This document shows positions 53,355 through 62,839 of a stretch of 62,839 nucleotides of DNA, piece after piece. Source of the DNA: Candidatus Gastranaerophilales bacterium (lineage in GTDB: Bacteria > Cyanobacteriota > Vampirovibrionia > Gastranaerophilales > Gastranaerophilaceae). A model generated the notes under the pieces. The model searched no databases and was not told where the DNA came from. It saw only the letters and a program-made list of their open reading frames with translations. Position 1 is the first letter of the stretch. The number at the start of each line of letters is the position of its first letter. The stretch spans positions 1 through 62,839 of the forward strand of contig CALVAT010000001.1 of assembly GCA_944325565.1 (NCBI GenBank), read 5' to 3'. A program made the translations under genes and the position numbers.

Positions 53355-56186
53355 ATGAACGATAAAATTATTATAAAAGGTGTAAATCAACACAATTTAC
53401 GCAATGTTGATTTAGAACTGCCGAAAAATGAATTAATAGTATTTACCGGTGTATCAGGTTCAGGAAAAAGTTCTCTTGCCTTTGATACAATTTTTGCAGA
53501 AGGCCAAAGACGTTATGTTGAAAGCCTTTCTACGTATGCACGCCAATTTCTTGGGCAAATGGACAAGCCGGATGTCGAAAGCATAGAAGGTCTTTCTCCA
53601 GCTATATCTATTGACCAGAAATCTACCTCTAACAATCCACGTTCTACAGTCGGCACTGTAACAGAAATTTATGATTATCTAAGACTGTTATTTGCCCGCA
53701 TAGGTGTACCACACTGTCCGGAGTGCGGTGCAGAAATCAAACCTCAGAGCATAGACGAAATTGTAGACAAAATTTTAAAACTGCCTGAAGGAACAAAAAT
53801 ACAAATTATTGCTCCTGTTGTAAGAGGCAAGAAGGGTGAATATATTTCACTTTTAAACGAATTAAAGCAGGATGGTTTTATCAGGTTGAAAGTTGACGGA
53901 AACTTATACAACCTTGATGAAGACGAGATTTCTGACATAAAACTTGAAAAAACTAAAAAACACGATATTGATGTTGTTGTTGATAGAATCGTAGTAAAAG
54001 AAAGCGCAAAATCAAGAATAGCTGACAGTGCTCAAATTGCTCTACAAAAAGCAAACGGGTTAATGTCCGTTGATGTAATTGGCGGCAAAGAATTGATTTT
54101 TTCCGAAAAACTTGCCTGTCCGACCTGCGGTTTGAGCTTTGAAGAGCTTGCTCCAAGAAGCTTCAGTTTCAACAGCCCTTACGGAGCTTGTCCAACCTGT
54201 TCGGGGCTAGGGTATGACTTTGTCATTGATCCGGATTTAGTGATTCCTGACAGAAAAAAATCTATAAAAGAAGGTGCTATATACCCGTGGAGTAAAACCT
54301 CTACATCATACTATGATGATGTTCTTGCTTCGGTGTCCGAACACTACAACATTGATTTAGCCAAACCATTTGAAGATCTACCTAAAGCACAGCAGGATAT
54401 AATCCTATACGGCGGGAAAGAAGTCATAACAATCAGGGTAAAACGTTTTGGTACAAACAGATATGAAAACCACAAAATGAAGTTCTGGGGTGTCATTCCG
54501 TTCCTTGAAAAGCGTTACAATGAATCAAACGGCGAATACTGGAGAGAAGAAATCCAGAAATATATGAAAATGACACCTTGCAAGGATTGTCACGGTGCAA
54601 GGCTAAAACCATACATACTAGCTGTTACAATCAACGGAAAAAATATTTTTGAAGTCTGTAATATGCCTATTACAGAAAGCTTTAAGTTCTTTTCCGATTT
54701 ATTTCTTGAGCTTTCCGACTACCAGATGAAAATAGCAAAACAGGTGCTGGAAGAAGTCAGAGCAAGGCTCAAGTTTATGCTGGACGTTGGTTTAGGCTAT
54801 TTGAGTCTTAGCAGAATGTCATTAACGCTTTCAGGAGGAGAAGCGCAGCGCATAAGACTGGCTACACAGATAGGCAGCGGCCTTTCCGGGGTTTTATATG
54901 TACTGGATGAACCTTCAATAGGTCTTCACCAGCGTGACAATGACATGCTTATAAAAACGCTCTTAAGACTCAGAAATCTCGGCAATACTCTCATTGTTGT
55001 TGAACACGACGAAGACACAATGAAAAATGCGGATTACATCGTTGATATAGGGCCAAGAGCCGGCGTTCATGGCGGAAAAATTGTTGCCAAGGGGTCACTG
55101 GAAGAAATTAAAGCAGTTAAAGAGTCTATAACTGGACAATATTTAAGCGGTACGAAGAAAATTCCTGTGCCGACAAAAAGAAGGGAAGGCAACGGCGAAT
55201 TTTTGCATGTTAAAAATGCTCATCTGAATAACCTTAAAAATATTGATGTGGATATACCGCTGGGAAAAATCGTTGCATTAACTGGTGTTTCTGGCTCTGG
55301 AAAATCGACATTAATGCAGGATTTAATCCACGAATACGCCATACATAAACTTAGGGGCAACAAGCCAAAGCCCATTGGCGTTGATGAAATATCAGGTTTT
55401 GAACACATAGACAAAATAATTGACATAGACCAATCACCAATAGGAAGAACCCCCCGTTCAAACCCTGCTACTTACACAGATGTATTCTCGCACATTAGAG
55501 ATTTGTACGCTATGACAAATGAGTCTAAAGTCAGAGGCTACAAACCGGGTAGATTCAGTTTCAACGTCAAAGGTGGACGATGTGAAGCCTGCAAAGGCGA
55601 CGGCCTTTTAAGAATAGAAATGAACTTTTTGTCCGATGTTTACGTAAAATGCGATGTCTGCAAAGGTCAGCGTTACAATAGAGAAACACTTGAGGTTAAA
55701 TACAAAGGCGCAACAATCGCGGATGTACTAAACATGACTGTCGCGGAAGCTTATGTATTTTTTGAAAATATTCCAAAGATAAAAAGCAGGTTAAAAACTC
55801 TTTACGACGTTGGTCTAGGATATATAAAACTCGGACAGAGTGCAACAACGCTATCTGGTGGTGAAGCACAAAGAATCAAGCTTGCTTCCGAACTCAACAA
55901 AAAGGCAACAGGAAAAACATTGTACCTGCTGGATGAGCCGTCAGTCGGTCTGCACTGGTATGATTTGGACAAGCTGATTAAAATCATAAACAAACTTGCA
56001 GATGCTGGTAACACAATACTAATTATTGAGCACAATATGGATTTAATCAAAGTTGCAGACCATATTATCGACCTTGGACCCGAAGGCGGAGACGGTGGAG
56101 GCAATATAGTATTCAGCGGCACACCGGAAGAAATAATTAACTGTCCGCAGTCATATACTGGTAAGTATTTAAAAGGTTATTTATAA
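53355..56186 (+). CDS. uvrA: Excinuclease ABC subunit UvrA
   Basis: Two ABC ATPase modules (GVSGSGKSSLAFDT, GVSGSGKSTL), zinc fingers (CP.CG, C..C.G.G), and LSGGEAQRI twice. Confidence 0.97.
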   Translation: MNDKIIIKGVNQHNLRNVDLELPKNELIVFTGVSGSGKSSLAFDTIFAEGQRRYVESLSTYARQFLGQMDKPDVESIEGLSPAISIDQKSTSNNPRSTVGTVTEIYDYLRLLFARIGVPHCPECGAEIKPQSIDEIVDKILKLPEGTKIQIIAPVVRGKKGEYISLLNELKQDGFIRLKVDGNLYNLDEDEISDIKLEKTKKHDIDVVVDRIVVKESAKSRIADSAQIALQKANGLMSVDVIGGKELIFSEKLACPTCGLSFEELAPRSFSFNSPYGACPTCSGLGYDFVIDPDLVIPDRKKSIKEGAIYPWSKTSTSYYDDVLASVSEHYNIDLAKPFEDLPKAQQDIILYGGKEVITIRVKRFGTNRYENHKMKFWGVIPFLEKRYNESNGEYWREEIQKYMKMTPCKDCHGARLKPYILAVTINGKNIFEVCNMPITESFKFFSDLFLELSDYQMKIAKQVLEEVRARLKFMLDVGLGYLSLSRMSLTLSGGEAQRIRLATQIGSGLSGVLYVLDEPSIGLHQRDNDMLIKTLLRLRNLGNTLIVVEHDEDTMKNADYIVDIGPRAGVHGGKIVAKGSLEEIKAVKESITGQYLSGTKKIPVPTKRREGNGEFLHVKNAHLNNLKNIDVDIPLGKIVALTGVSGSGKSTLMQDLIHEYAIHKLRGNKPKPIGVDEISGFEHIDKIIDIDQSPIGRTPRSNPATYTDVFSHIRDLYAMTNESKVRGYKPGRFSFNVKGGRCEACKGDGLLRIEMNFLSDVYVKCDVCKGQRYNRETLEVKYKGATIADVLNMTVAEAYVFFENIPKIKSRLKTLYDVGLGYIKLGQSATTLSGGEAQRIKLASELNKKATGKTLYLLDEPSVGLHWYDLDKLIKIINKLADAGNTILIIEHNMDLIKVADHIIDLGPEGGDGGGNIVFSGTPEEIINCPQSYTGKYLKGYL

Positions 56187-56265
56187 TAAAAATTCTTGCA
56201 TCACCACTGTTCATTCTAAGCAAATTTTCGAATAATGTTATGCATATATACCTAACATATACAAC

Positions 56266-57396
56266 TTATCCAAAATTAGTCAACAATCTACCAGTTGTTG
56301 ATTCATAACTCCAGATATCTTTAGCATTTTCAGTTAATTTAATTATTGTTTCTTCTAAATATTCCTCATGTAATGCTGGGTGCTGCTTTCCCTTGGGATT
56401 GGAATTTGTTGTAACAAATAAAGATTTTAAATTTTTGAACCCATCGAAAGAAGATAAGGAACTATTACAACTTGAACCATGATGTGGTATTTGTATAACT
56501 CTTACATTCATGGCTTCTGTTTTATAATGTTCGGAGAATTTTTTGAATGTATCACCGTCATTTAAATTTATATCTCCTGTGTGTAGCCAACCTGTATGTA
56601 GGTATTCTACCGGTCTATCTGTTCCTGAATATAAACAGAGTGATGATTTGTTCAAGTCAATATTAAAGTCTTTATATATTTGTTTTAATTTGTAGCTAAA
56701 TTTTCTATCTCTAAAGTTTTTTACAGTGATACCTGCGCCAGTCAATTTTGCTTTTATTTTCTGTAATACACAATCATTCATTTTATTATAAAATGGTTTT
56801 AGAATCCATTTATAAAGAAACTTATTATTATTAAAGCTAAAGGCATCAAAATGGCTAAGATTGCCGAATTCATCTGCATTAGGAATGTTATATAATAGAT
56901 CATAATCACGATCAAAGCTATTTGAATCATTGTCATTTAAGTATTGTATTTCAAAACCACCATACCTATTTCTTATAAAACTTTCTGGATTTAATATAAA
57001 CTCAATATTTTCCTCACTCATATCAGGATTTTCCGCAATTGTTATAACCTTTTCAGCTTCATCCGTAAACGGTAAGACAATTACTGTATTATGTACTATA
57101 TTAAGTTGTTCTATTTTATTACAAAGATAGTCCAAACCATTAATATGGTCATTGTGTAAATGTGAGATAAAAATATAACAATAAGTTAAATTTGAATATT
57201 TTTTGAGTATATCAATACATCTATCAACAGAATCATTCAATCGTATTGTATTGATCGATGAACCACAATCAAAAAAGTACACAAATTTATTATAATTTAG
57301 ATTTTTTTGGTATAAATGAGGATAGGTAATTATTCCAGAATGAAACCCGCCTTGCCCAACACTATATTGTATTCTGCAACAATTAATTTTTGACAT
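56266..57396 (-). CDS. Stand-alone metallo-beta-lactamase-fold protein with ComEC/Rec2-like motifs
   Basis: VGQGGF, FFDCGS, ISHLHNDHINGL (HxHxDH) and IPHHGS. It is very AT-rich and lies directly 3' of tRNA-Lys. Confidence 0.7.
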   Translation of the reverse strand: MSKINCCRIQYSVGQGGFHSGIITYPHLYQKNLNYNKFVYFFDCGSSINTIRLNDSVDRCIDILKKYSNLTYCYIFISHLHNDHINGLDYLCNKIEQLNIVHNTVIVLPFTDEAEKVITIAENPDMSEENIEFILNPESFIRNRYGGFEIQYLNDNDSNSFDRDYDLLYNIPNADEFGNLSHFDAFSFNNNKFLYKWILKPFYNKMNDCVLQKIKAKLTGAGITVKNFRDRKFSYKLKQIYKDFNIDLNKSSLCLYSGTDRPVEYLHTGWLHTGDINLNDGDTFKKFSEHYKTEAMNVRVIQIPHHGSSCNSSLSSFDGFKNLKSLFVTTNSNPKGKQHPALHEEYLEETIIKLTENAKDIWSYESTTGRLLTNFG

Positions 57397-57418
57397 ATAC
57401 CCATATCAAAATAAAAAA

Positions 57419-57491
57419 TGCGTCACCCGCGATTCGAACGCGGGACCTATCCCTTAAAAGGGGAGTGCTCTACCTACTGAGCTAGTGACGC
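57419..57491 (-). tRNA. tRNA-Lys (anticodon UUU)
   Basis: Reverse complement: GCGTCAC acceptor, D-arm GCTC/GAGC, anticodon loop CTTTTAA, T-arm CCGCG-TTCGAAT-CGCGG, discriminator A. Confidence 0.9.
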
Positions 57492-57597
57492 ATTTACATG
57501 ACTATTCTTTTTTCAATCCAACCGGAAAAACCTTTTAATTCCGACTGCTTATATAACATAACAGGAACATATTTTCACGTCAACATATTTTTTATTA

Positions 57598-58908
<1,311 letters not shown>

Positions 58909-59022
58909 TTATTATAAAACAAATTAAAAAAGTATGAATATATACTCAGTATATAAAAAATTTTTCAAGTTATTATTGAATCTCAAGGACATATACAAAA
59001 AATTGTTAAGTTATATTAAGCA

Positions 59023-59055
59023 AAGTATATAAAAAAAAGCAATTTTTATATACTT
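59023..59055. promoter_or_regulatory. 13-bp AT-rich inverted repeat between divergent purA and 59105 gene
   Basis: AAGTATATAAAAA-N7-TTTTTATATACTT. The arms share TATATAAAAA/TTTTTATATA with the repeat at 15906-15934. Confidence 0.3.
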
Positions 59056-59060
59056 TTTTA

Positions 59061-59079
59061 CTTTATATATATACGAGAG
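59061..59079 (+). promoter_or_regulatory. Shared upstream motif, copy 3: CTTTATATATATACGAGAG
   Basis: TTTATATAT(AT)RTACGAG is shared with 15906-15921. It lies 25 nt upstream of ATG 59105. Confidence 0.35.
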
Positions 59080-59104
59080 AAAAACAAGAAAAGAGGACAA
59101 AGAG

Positions 59105-59500
59105 ATGGGCTTCGCAGTATCAGTATTAACAACACAAGCAACAATGAACGTACAGTCAGATTGTGAATATCAATTAACACAAATTACAAATACACTTTCA
59201 AGAATGGCAATGGAATCACAAGCAATAGTTGAAGAACAAACAGCAGCTAGCCAAGCTTACCTTGCAGCAAACACAGATGAAGAAGGTCAACCTACAGATG
59301 AAGCTATTGAATGGGTCAACAGCACTGCCTTCAACGCTATTTTTGATAGAAAATTAAAGGAAATTCAGGCAAAAGAACAAGTATTGGACATTCAAAAACA
59401 ACAGATAGAAACAAGACAAAAAATGTACTCTACTCAGCGAGAAGGCTGGGAAAAGAACACACAATCCAATATTGAAAAAACCTTCAAATACGGTAACTAA
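59105..59500 (+). CDS. Hypothetical coiled-coil protein, paralog of 16833-17378
   Basis: RBS AGAGGA. It shares the N-terminal QLTQ..N.L.R...ES.Q block, NA.F, and the C-terminal IE+T..KY end with the other gene. Confidence 0.65.
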   Translation: MGFAVSVLTTQATMNVQSDCEYQLTQITNTLSRMAMESQAIVEEQTAASQAYLAANTDEEGQPTDEAIEWVNSTAFNAIFDRKLKEIQAKEQVLDIQKQQIETRQKMYSTQREGWEKNTQSNIEKTFKYGN

Positions 59501-59560
59501 TTAAAATAAACAAATAAAACACATCAGGCACTACTAGACTAATAAGAGAGAGAAAAGAAA

Positions 59561-59749
59561 ATGAGCGTAAACACTAACCCCTTTGCTAATTACACATTAT
59601 CTATTGCAACACAATATCAAGAAACTAAAAAAGGTTTACAAGAAGCACAAAAAAAACCGGCAAGAAAACTTTACAGAACAATGGATGCAATGCTCCAGGA
59701 ATGTGTTTTCTTAGGTGCAACAAGATTTGGAACCAATTATATAGCCTAA
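59561..59749 (+). CDS. Hypothetical small protein (62 aa)
   Basis: ORF 60 nt after the previous gene with a purine-rich RBS region. No motif recognised. Confidence 0.4.
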   Translation: MSVNTNPFANYTLSIATQYQETKKGLQEAQKKPARKLYRTMDAMLQECVFLGATRFGTNYIA

Positions 59750-59785
59750 CTTGATTTTAAACAGAATTATTTTTATAATACAGAA

Positions 59786-62236
59786 ATGAATCTGGGCAAG
59801 GGATATTTTAAAGACTTTTTTAATAAGCTGAATACAATTGATTTAATATTAAACTCAATATTAACCTTTTGTATTTCAGTTTTTTTATTTTATATAGTAC
59901 TGCCCAACAAAGGTTATTCAAACCTTAAGGACTATTTTGTCGGAGAAACTATCTATTCAAATTACAACAAGTTTTATGATATTTATTTTGTATTTTTCTA
60001 CATAATATTATTTTTTATAATCCTCTGGTTTTATAAAAAATTCAAAACCTGTGTTTTTGAACAAAAGATTATACAAAATAAACTTACAACCAAAATAGCA
60101 TATCCGCTTCAATATTTATCATTGCTTGGATACTTTATAATATATCCTTTTGACGGCCATTTATATAAAGGTCTAATGGTTATAGTTGTTTTGCTTATAT
60201 GCGCTGGCATTTATGATATACAAAGATTAAAAAAACTAAGCGCACAGGACGGATTAATACATTTTTCTGTATTTTCAATAACAGCCGTAATGTTAATATG
60301 TTTAGGGCGATTTTACAGTGCACAAAATTTTTACATAGACACGCACCACGACGCTGAACACTTTAGTGCATATTATATGCATACTGTCCACAAAATGAGT
60401 TATTACAAAGAAGTAATGCTTGTACACGGCGGCAGAGATTTAGCAGAAAGCTGGCTTGCCGAGCATTTTTTCGGTGGCAATAATTTATACACATATCTAC
60501 TTGGCAAGGCCTTATTTTTTAATATTATTGTCATATTTTTCAGCTTTTTATCATTATTTGTTTTTGATAAAAATCCTATTGCAGTTATTCCTCTTGTAAG
60601 CTTATACAGAAATGATGAACCTACAGGGCTTTTAGGAATTTATCTGTTAGTATATTTTGCATTGTTAAAAGACAGAATATTTAATAAAACTTCAATATTT
60701 TTATCATTGTATATAATATGCTCCTTCCTGTTTTTCCAGTTTTGGACAACCTTTGGCATTTTGTGGGCAATATCTATACTGCCCGTTGTTATATACAAAC
60801 TGGTAATTACCTTTAAAGAAAAAGATTTTAAACAATTAATTTTTCCGGGATTTGTATTGCTCGGAGGGGTATGCGTATTTGCAAAAGACCTCTTTTATTT
60901 TGCAAAGCAAGCCCCATTTTATACTGCAGGCAATTTATACGGTTTTGGTACACCTATGCCAGATTTAAATATTAGAAATGGAAATATTTATTTTAAACTG
61001 GCATCCATACTGGCCGTACCGTCTTTTATGTTATTAATGGTAAAAGAATTTTGTAAAAAAGATAAAAATATTAAATACCTGTTTGCTCTTATATCTTCTA
61101 CATTATTGATTCTTTTATCCCTGAATTACTCAATAGGCAGAATCGATGGAAACCAGTTCACAAGAGTACTTATAATATCAATAAATACACTATTTGTAAT
61201 AATACCTTATCTGATTTATAAAAATAAGAGACAGTCTAACGCTGAAACAACAAAGTATCTAATCTTTGCCGCAATCCTTACTCTTTTAATGACTTCCGCA
61301 ACAAAGATTAGCTATGCATTATCATTCAAAAGGATACCTCCATTTACAGAAAAAACGCTACAAATAAAAGATATGCTGGATAGTAAAAATACAGCAAATG
61401 ATTCGATGCATCAAACGCTGCGATTTTTAAATAAATATTTGACAAAAGAGGACACATTTCTTGATTTAACAAACAACGGCATACTTTACTACGTGTTTAA
61501 CAAAAAATTACCTGTTCCTTATACATCATTTTATAATATTGTTTCAGACAAACAGGCTGAGTTTGCCTTAAAAATTCTACACCCTAAATTTCCCGATAAA
61601 ATTTTAATAACAAGAGCCGACTTTCCTCTTGACAACATTTATCCGTCTTTAAGAATCAATCCGATATACAGACATCTTCTTCTTGATGGAAAATACAGAC
61701 TTGTAGTCGATGATAGCGGTTTAAATGCTTTACTAATAAAAACACCTGATACTAATAAATTCAGCCAGAATGAATTAAAAATACTCGACGACTGCCTTGC
61801 TAAAGGCAATTTAGGATACCTGCCAGACGCATGGGGTAATAAAGCGAAATTTTCAACTCAAGAAATAAAATTCAACTATATGTTAGAAAAAATAGTAATT
61901 CCGCAAGGTACAATATTTAATATCCATTTTGTAACACCGGTAAAAGGTAAAGATATCGATTTAATAAGTTTTGATATTCCCCAAAAGGGCAAAAGCAGCT
62001 GGGTTATGCAAATTAACAACAGTCCTTCAATGTTGTTTTTCGAAACAAAAACAGGTGCAATGCTGATTCCATTTGACAATTATCCATCCTGGCTTTTAAA
62101 CGAAAAGATAACAGACATCGCTATAAAAACTAATTCAAATATAAAAGATATACCTGTTATAAAGCTCTTGAAGAGAAAATGTTCGAGAAAAATTCGTGAT
62201 AAGGAGCCAAGCGACGTGAACGAATTTTTTGAGTGA
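59786..62236 (+). CDS. Large polytopic membrane protein (~12+ TM) with ~300-aa C-terminal soluble domain; possibly GT-C-type glycosyltransferase/polymerase
   Basis: About 500 aa of repeated hydrophobic helices followed by a hydrophilic tail. No catalytic motif was confidently recognised. Confidence 0.6.
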   Translation: MNLGKGYFKDFFNKLNTIDLILNSILTFCISVFLFYIVLPNKGYSNLKDYFVGETIYSNYNKFYDIYFVFFYIILFFIILWFYKKFKTCVFEQKIIQNKLTTKIAYPLQYLSLLGYFIIYPFDGHLYKGLMVIVVLLICAGIYDIQRLKKLSAQDGLIHFSVFSITAVMLICLGRFYSAQNFYIDTHHDAEHFSAYYMHTVHKMSYYKEVMLVHGGRDLAESWLAEHFFGGNNLYTYLLGKALFFNIIVIFFSFLSLFVFDKNPIAVIPLVSLYRNDEPTGLLGIYLLVYFALLKDRIFNKTSIFLSLYIICSFLFFQFWTTFGILWAISILPVVIYKLVITFKEKDFKQLIFPGFVLLGGVCVFAKDLFYFAKQAPFYTAGNLYGFGTPMPDLNIRNGNIYFKLASILAVPSFMLLMVKEFCKKDKNIKYLFALISSTLLILLSLNYSIGRIDGNQFTRVLIISINTLFVIIPYLIYKNKRQSNAETTKYLIFAAILTLLMTSATKISYALSFKRIPPFTEKTLQIKDMLDSKNTANDSMHQTLRFLNKYLTKEDTFLDLTNNGILYYVFNKKLPVPYTSFYNIVSDKQAEFALKILHPKFPDKILITRADFPLDNIYPSLRINPIYRHLLLDGKYRLVVDDSGLNALLIKTPDTNKFSQNELKILDDCLAKGNLGYLPDAWGNKAKFSTQEIKFNYMLEKIVIPQGTIFNIHFVTPVKGKDIDLISFDIPQKGKSSWVMQINNSPSMLFFETKTGAMLIPFDNYPSWLLNEKITDIAIKTNSNIKDIPVIKLLKRKCSRKIRDKEPSDVNEFFE

Positions 62237-62258
62237 CACATTGAAAAGGTGAGCAGGT

Positions 62259-62281
62259 GCTGGCTGCGGTCAGCCGGCAGC
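62259..62281. other. GC-rich bulged hairpin between convergent genes
   Basis: GCTG-GCTG-cggt-CAGC-cgg-CAGC inside a short GC-rich patch (62248-62292). No U-tract follows. Confidence 0.3.
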
Positions 62282-62357
62282 AACTGCGACACTAGATTAG
62301 ATTAATAGTTGATGCAACTTTATTCACTATACGTGAAGCCGCCCCGAGAATAAGATA

Positions 62358-62750
62358 TTATTTAAAAGAATCACCAACTATATGATCCTTTGTATCAATA
62401 AAATCAGAAACTATTTTCAAAAGCTTTAACAATCTTTCTTTGTCGTGCAGATGCAAATACCCTATCAAAACCTCAAAACCGGTTGCAATACGATGAAGAG
62501 CTTGATTTATTTTTCTTTTAGAAGTAGTGGGAAGATTTCTTCCGCGTCTGACCAAATCTAATTCATATTCATTAAGATAAGGTTCAAGAACATTTAACAG
62601 TTGACATTGAAAAGATGCTCTAACCAGCATTGTATTTATTTTGTGCATACGCGCCATATTAGACGTAAGATAAATTATTTTTTCTCTGATAAAAAGTTCA
62701 TATACCGCATCGCCAAGATGAGCATAACATTTTAAATTTAATTCTTCCAT
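62358..62750 (-). CDS. mrnC: Mini-ribonuclease III
   Basis: AHLGDAVYELFIR, RRGRN and ATGFE.LIGYL motifs; ~130 aa. Confidence 0.9.
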   Translation of the reverse strand: MEELNLKCYAHLGDAVYELFIREKIIYLTSNMARMHKINTMLVRASFQCQLLNVLEPYLNEYELDLVRRGRNLPTTSKRKINQALHRIATGFEVLIGYLHLHDKERLLKLLKIVSDFIDTKDHIVGDSFK

Positions 62751-62839
62751 TGTAAAATTCCTAAATATAGTACTACCATATACAAAATCAATAGGTCTTT
62801 TACAATTATAAAAAAGATTTTAAGTTTTGTAAATATAAT

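Overview
AT-rich (by eye about one-third G+C) bacterial chromosomal window. I count about 60 protein genes and 2 tRNAs (Met-CAU, Lys-UUU). I saw no rRNA, CRISPR array, transposase, integrase or phage structural gene. The recognisable content is housekeeping of a flagellated diderm. Proteostasis: ClpC, ClpP, GrpE-DnaJ. DNA repair: YbaB-RecR, RecG, UvrA. Envelope: BamA followed by TonB-ExbB-ExbD-ExbD, PBP4. Motility: FliW-CsrA, FliD, FliS, a Maf-family gene. RNA/tRNA modification: MtaB-like, RlmN, TrmD, RimM, Dtd, Mini-RNase III. Metabolism: PurA, RpiB, MTHFS, corrinoid adenosyltransferase. The ClpC N-domain looks cyanobacterial-type from memory. Together with flagella and low GC, this suggests a non-photosynthetic cyanobacterial sister lineage (Melainabacteria/Vampirovibrionia); that is inference only. 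I found no obvious multi-gene defence or mobile system. The unexplained signals are mostly non-coding or orphan genes: (1) a ~1 kb repeat-saturated, GC-enriched spacer between rlmN and uvrA, with tandem palindromic units, a C13 tract and a GC-rich unannotated core. (2) A ~48-nt hairpin element (core TGACTAAATGTCA) in three copies with compensatory stem changes; one copy lies in the tRNA-Met leader next to a duplicated tRNA 5' end. (3) A 17-25 nt upstream motif shared by a small-peptide gene and two paralogous coiled-coil orphan genes. (4) An animal-type phosphomevalonate-kinase-like P-loop protein. (5) A Zn-ribbon protein with (G)GYQRP low-complexity repeats in the rimM-trmD operon. (6) A ComEC-like MBL gene wedged next to tRNA-Lys. 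Product calls rest on motif recognition from the translated ORFs; no database search was possible.
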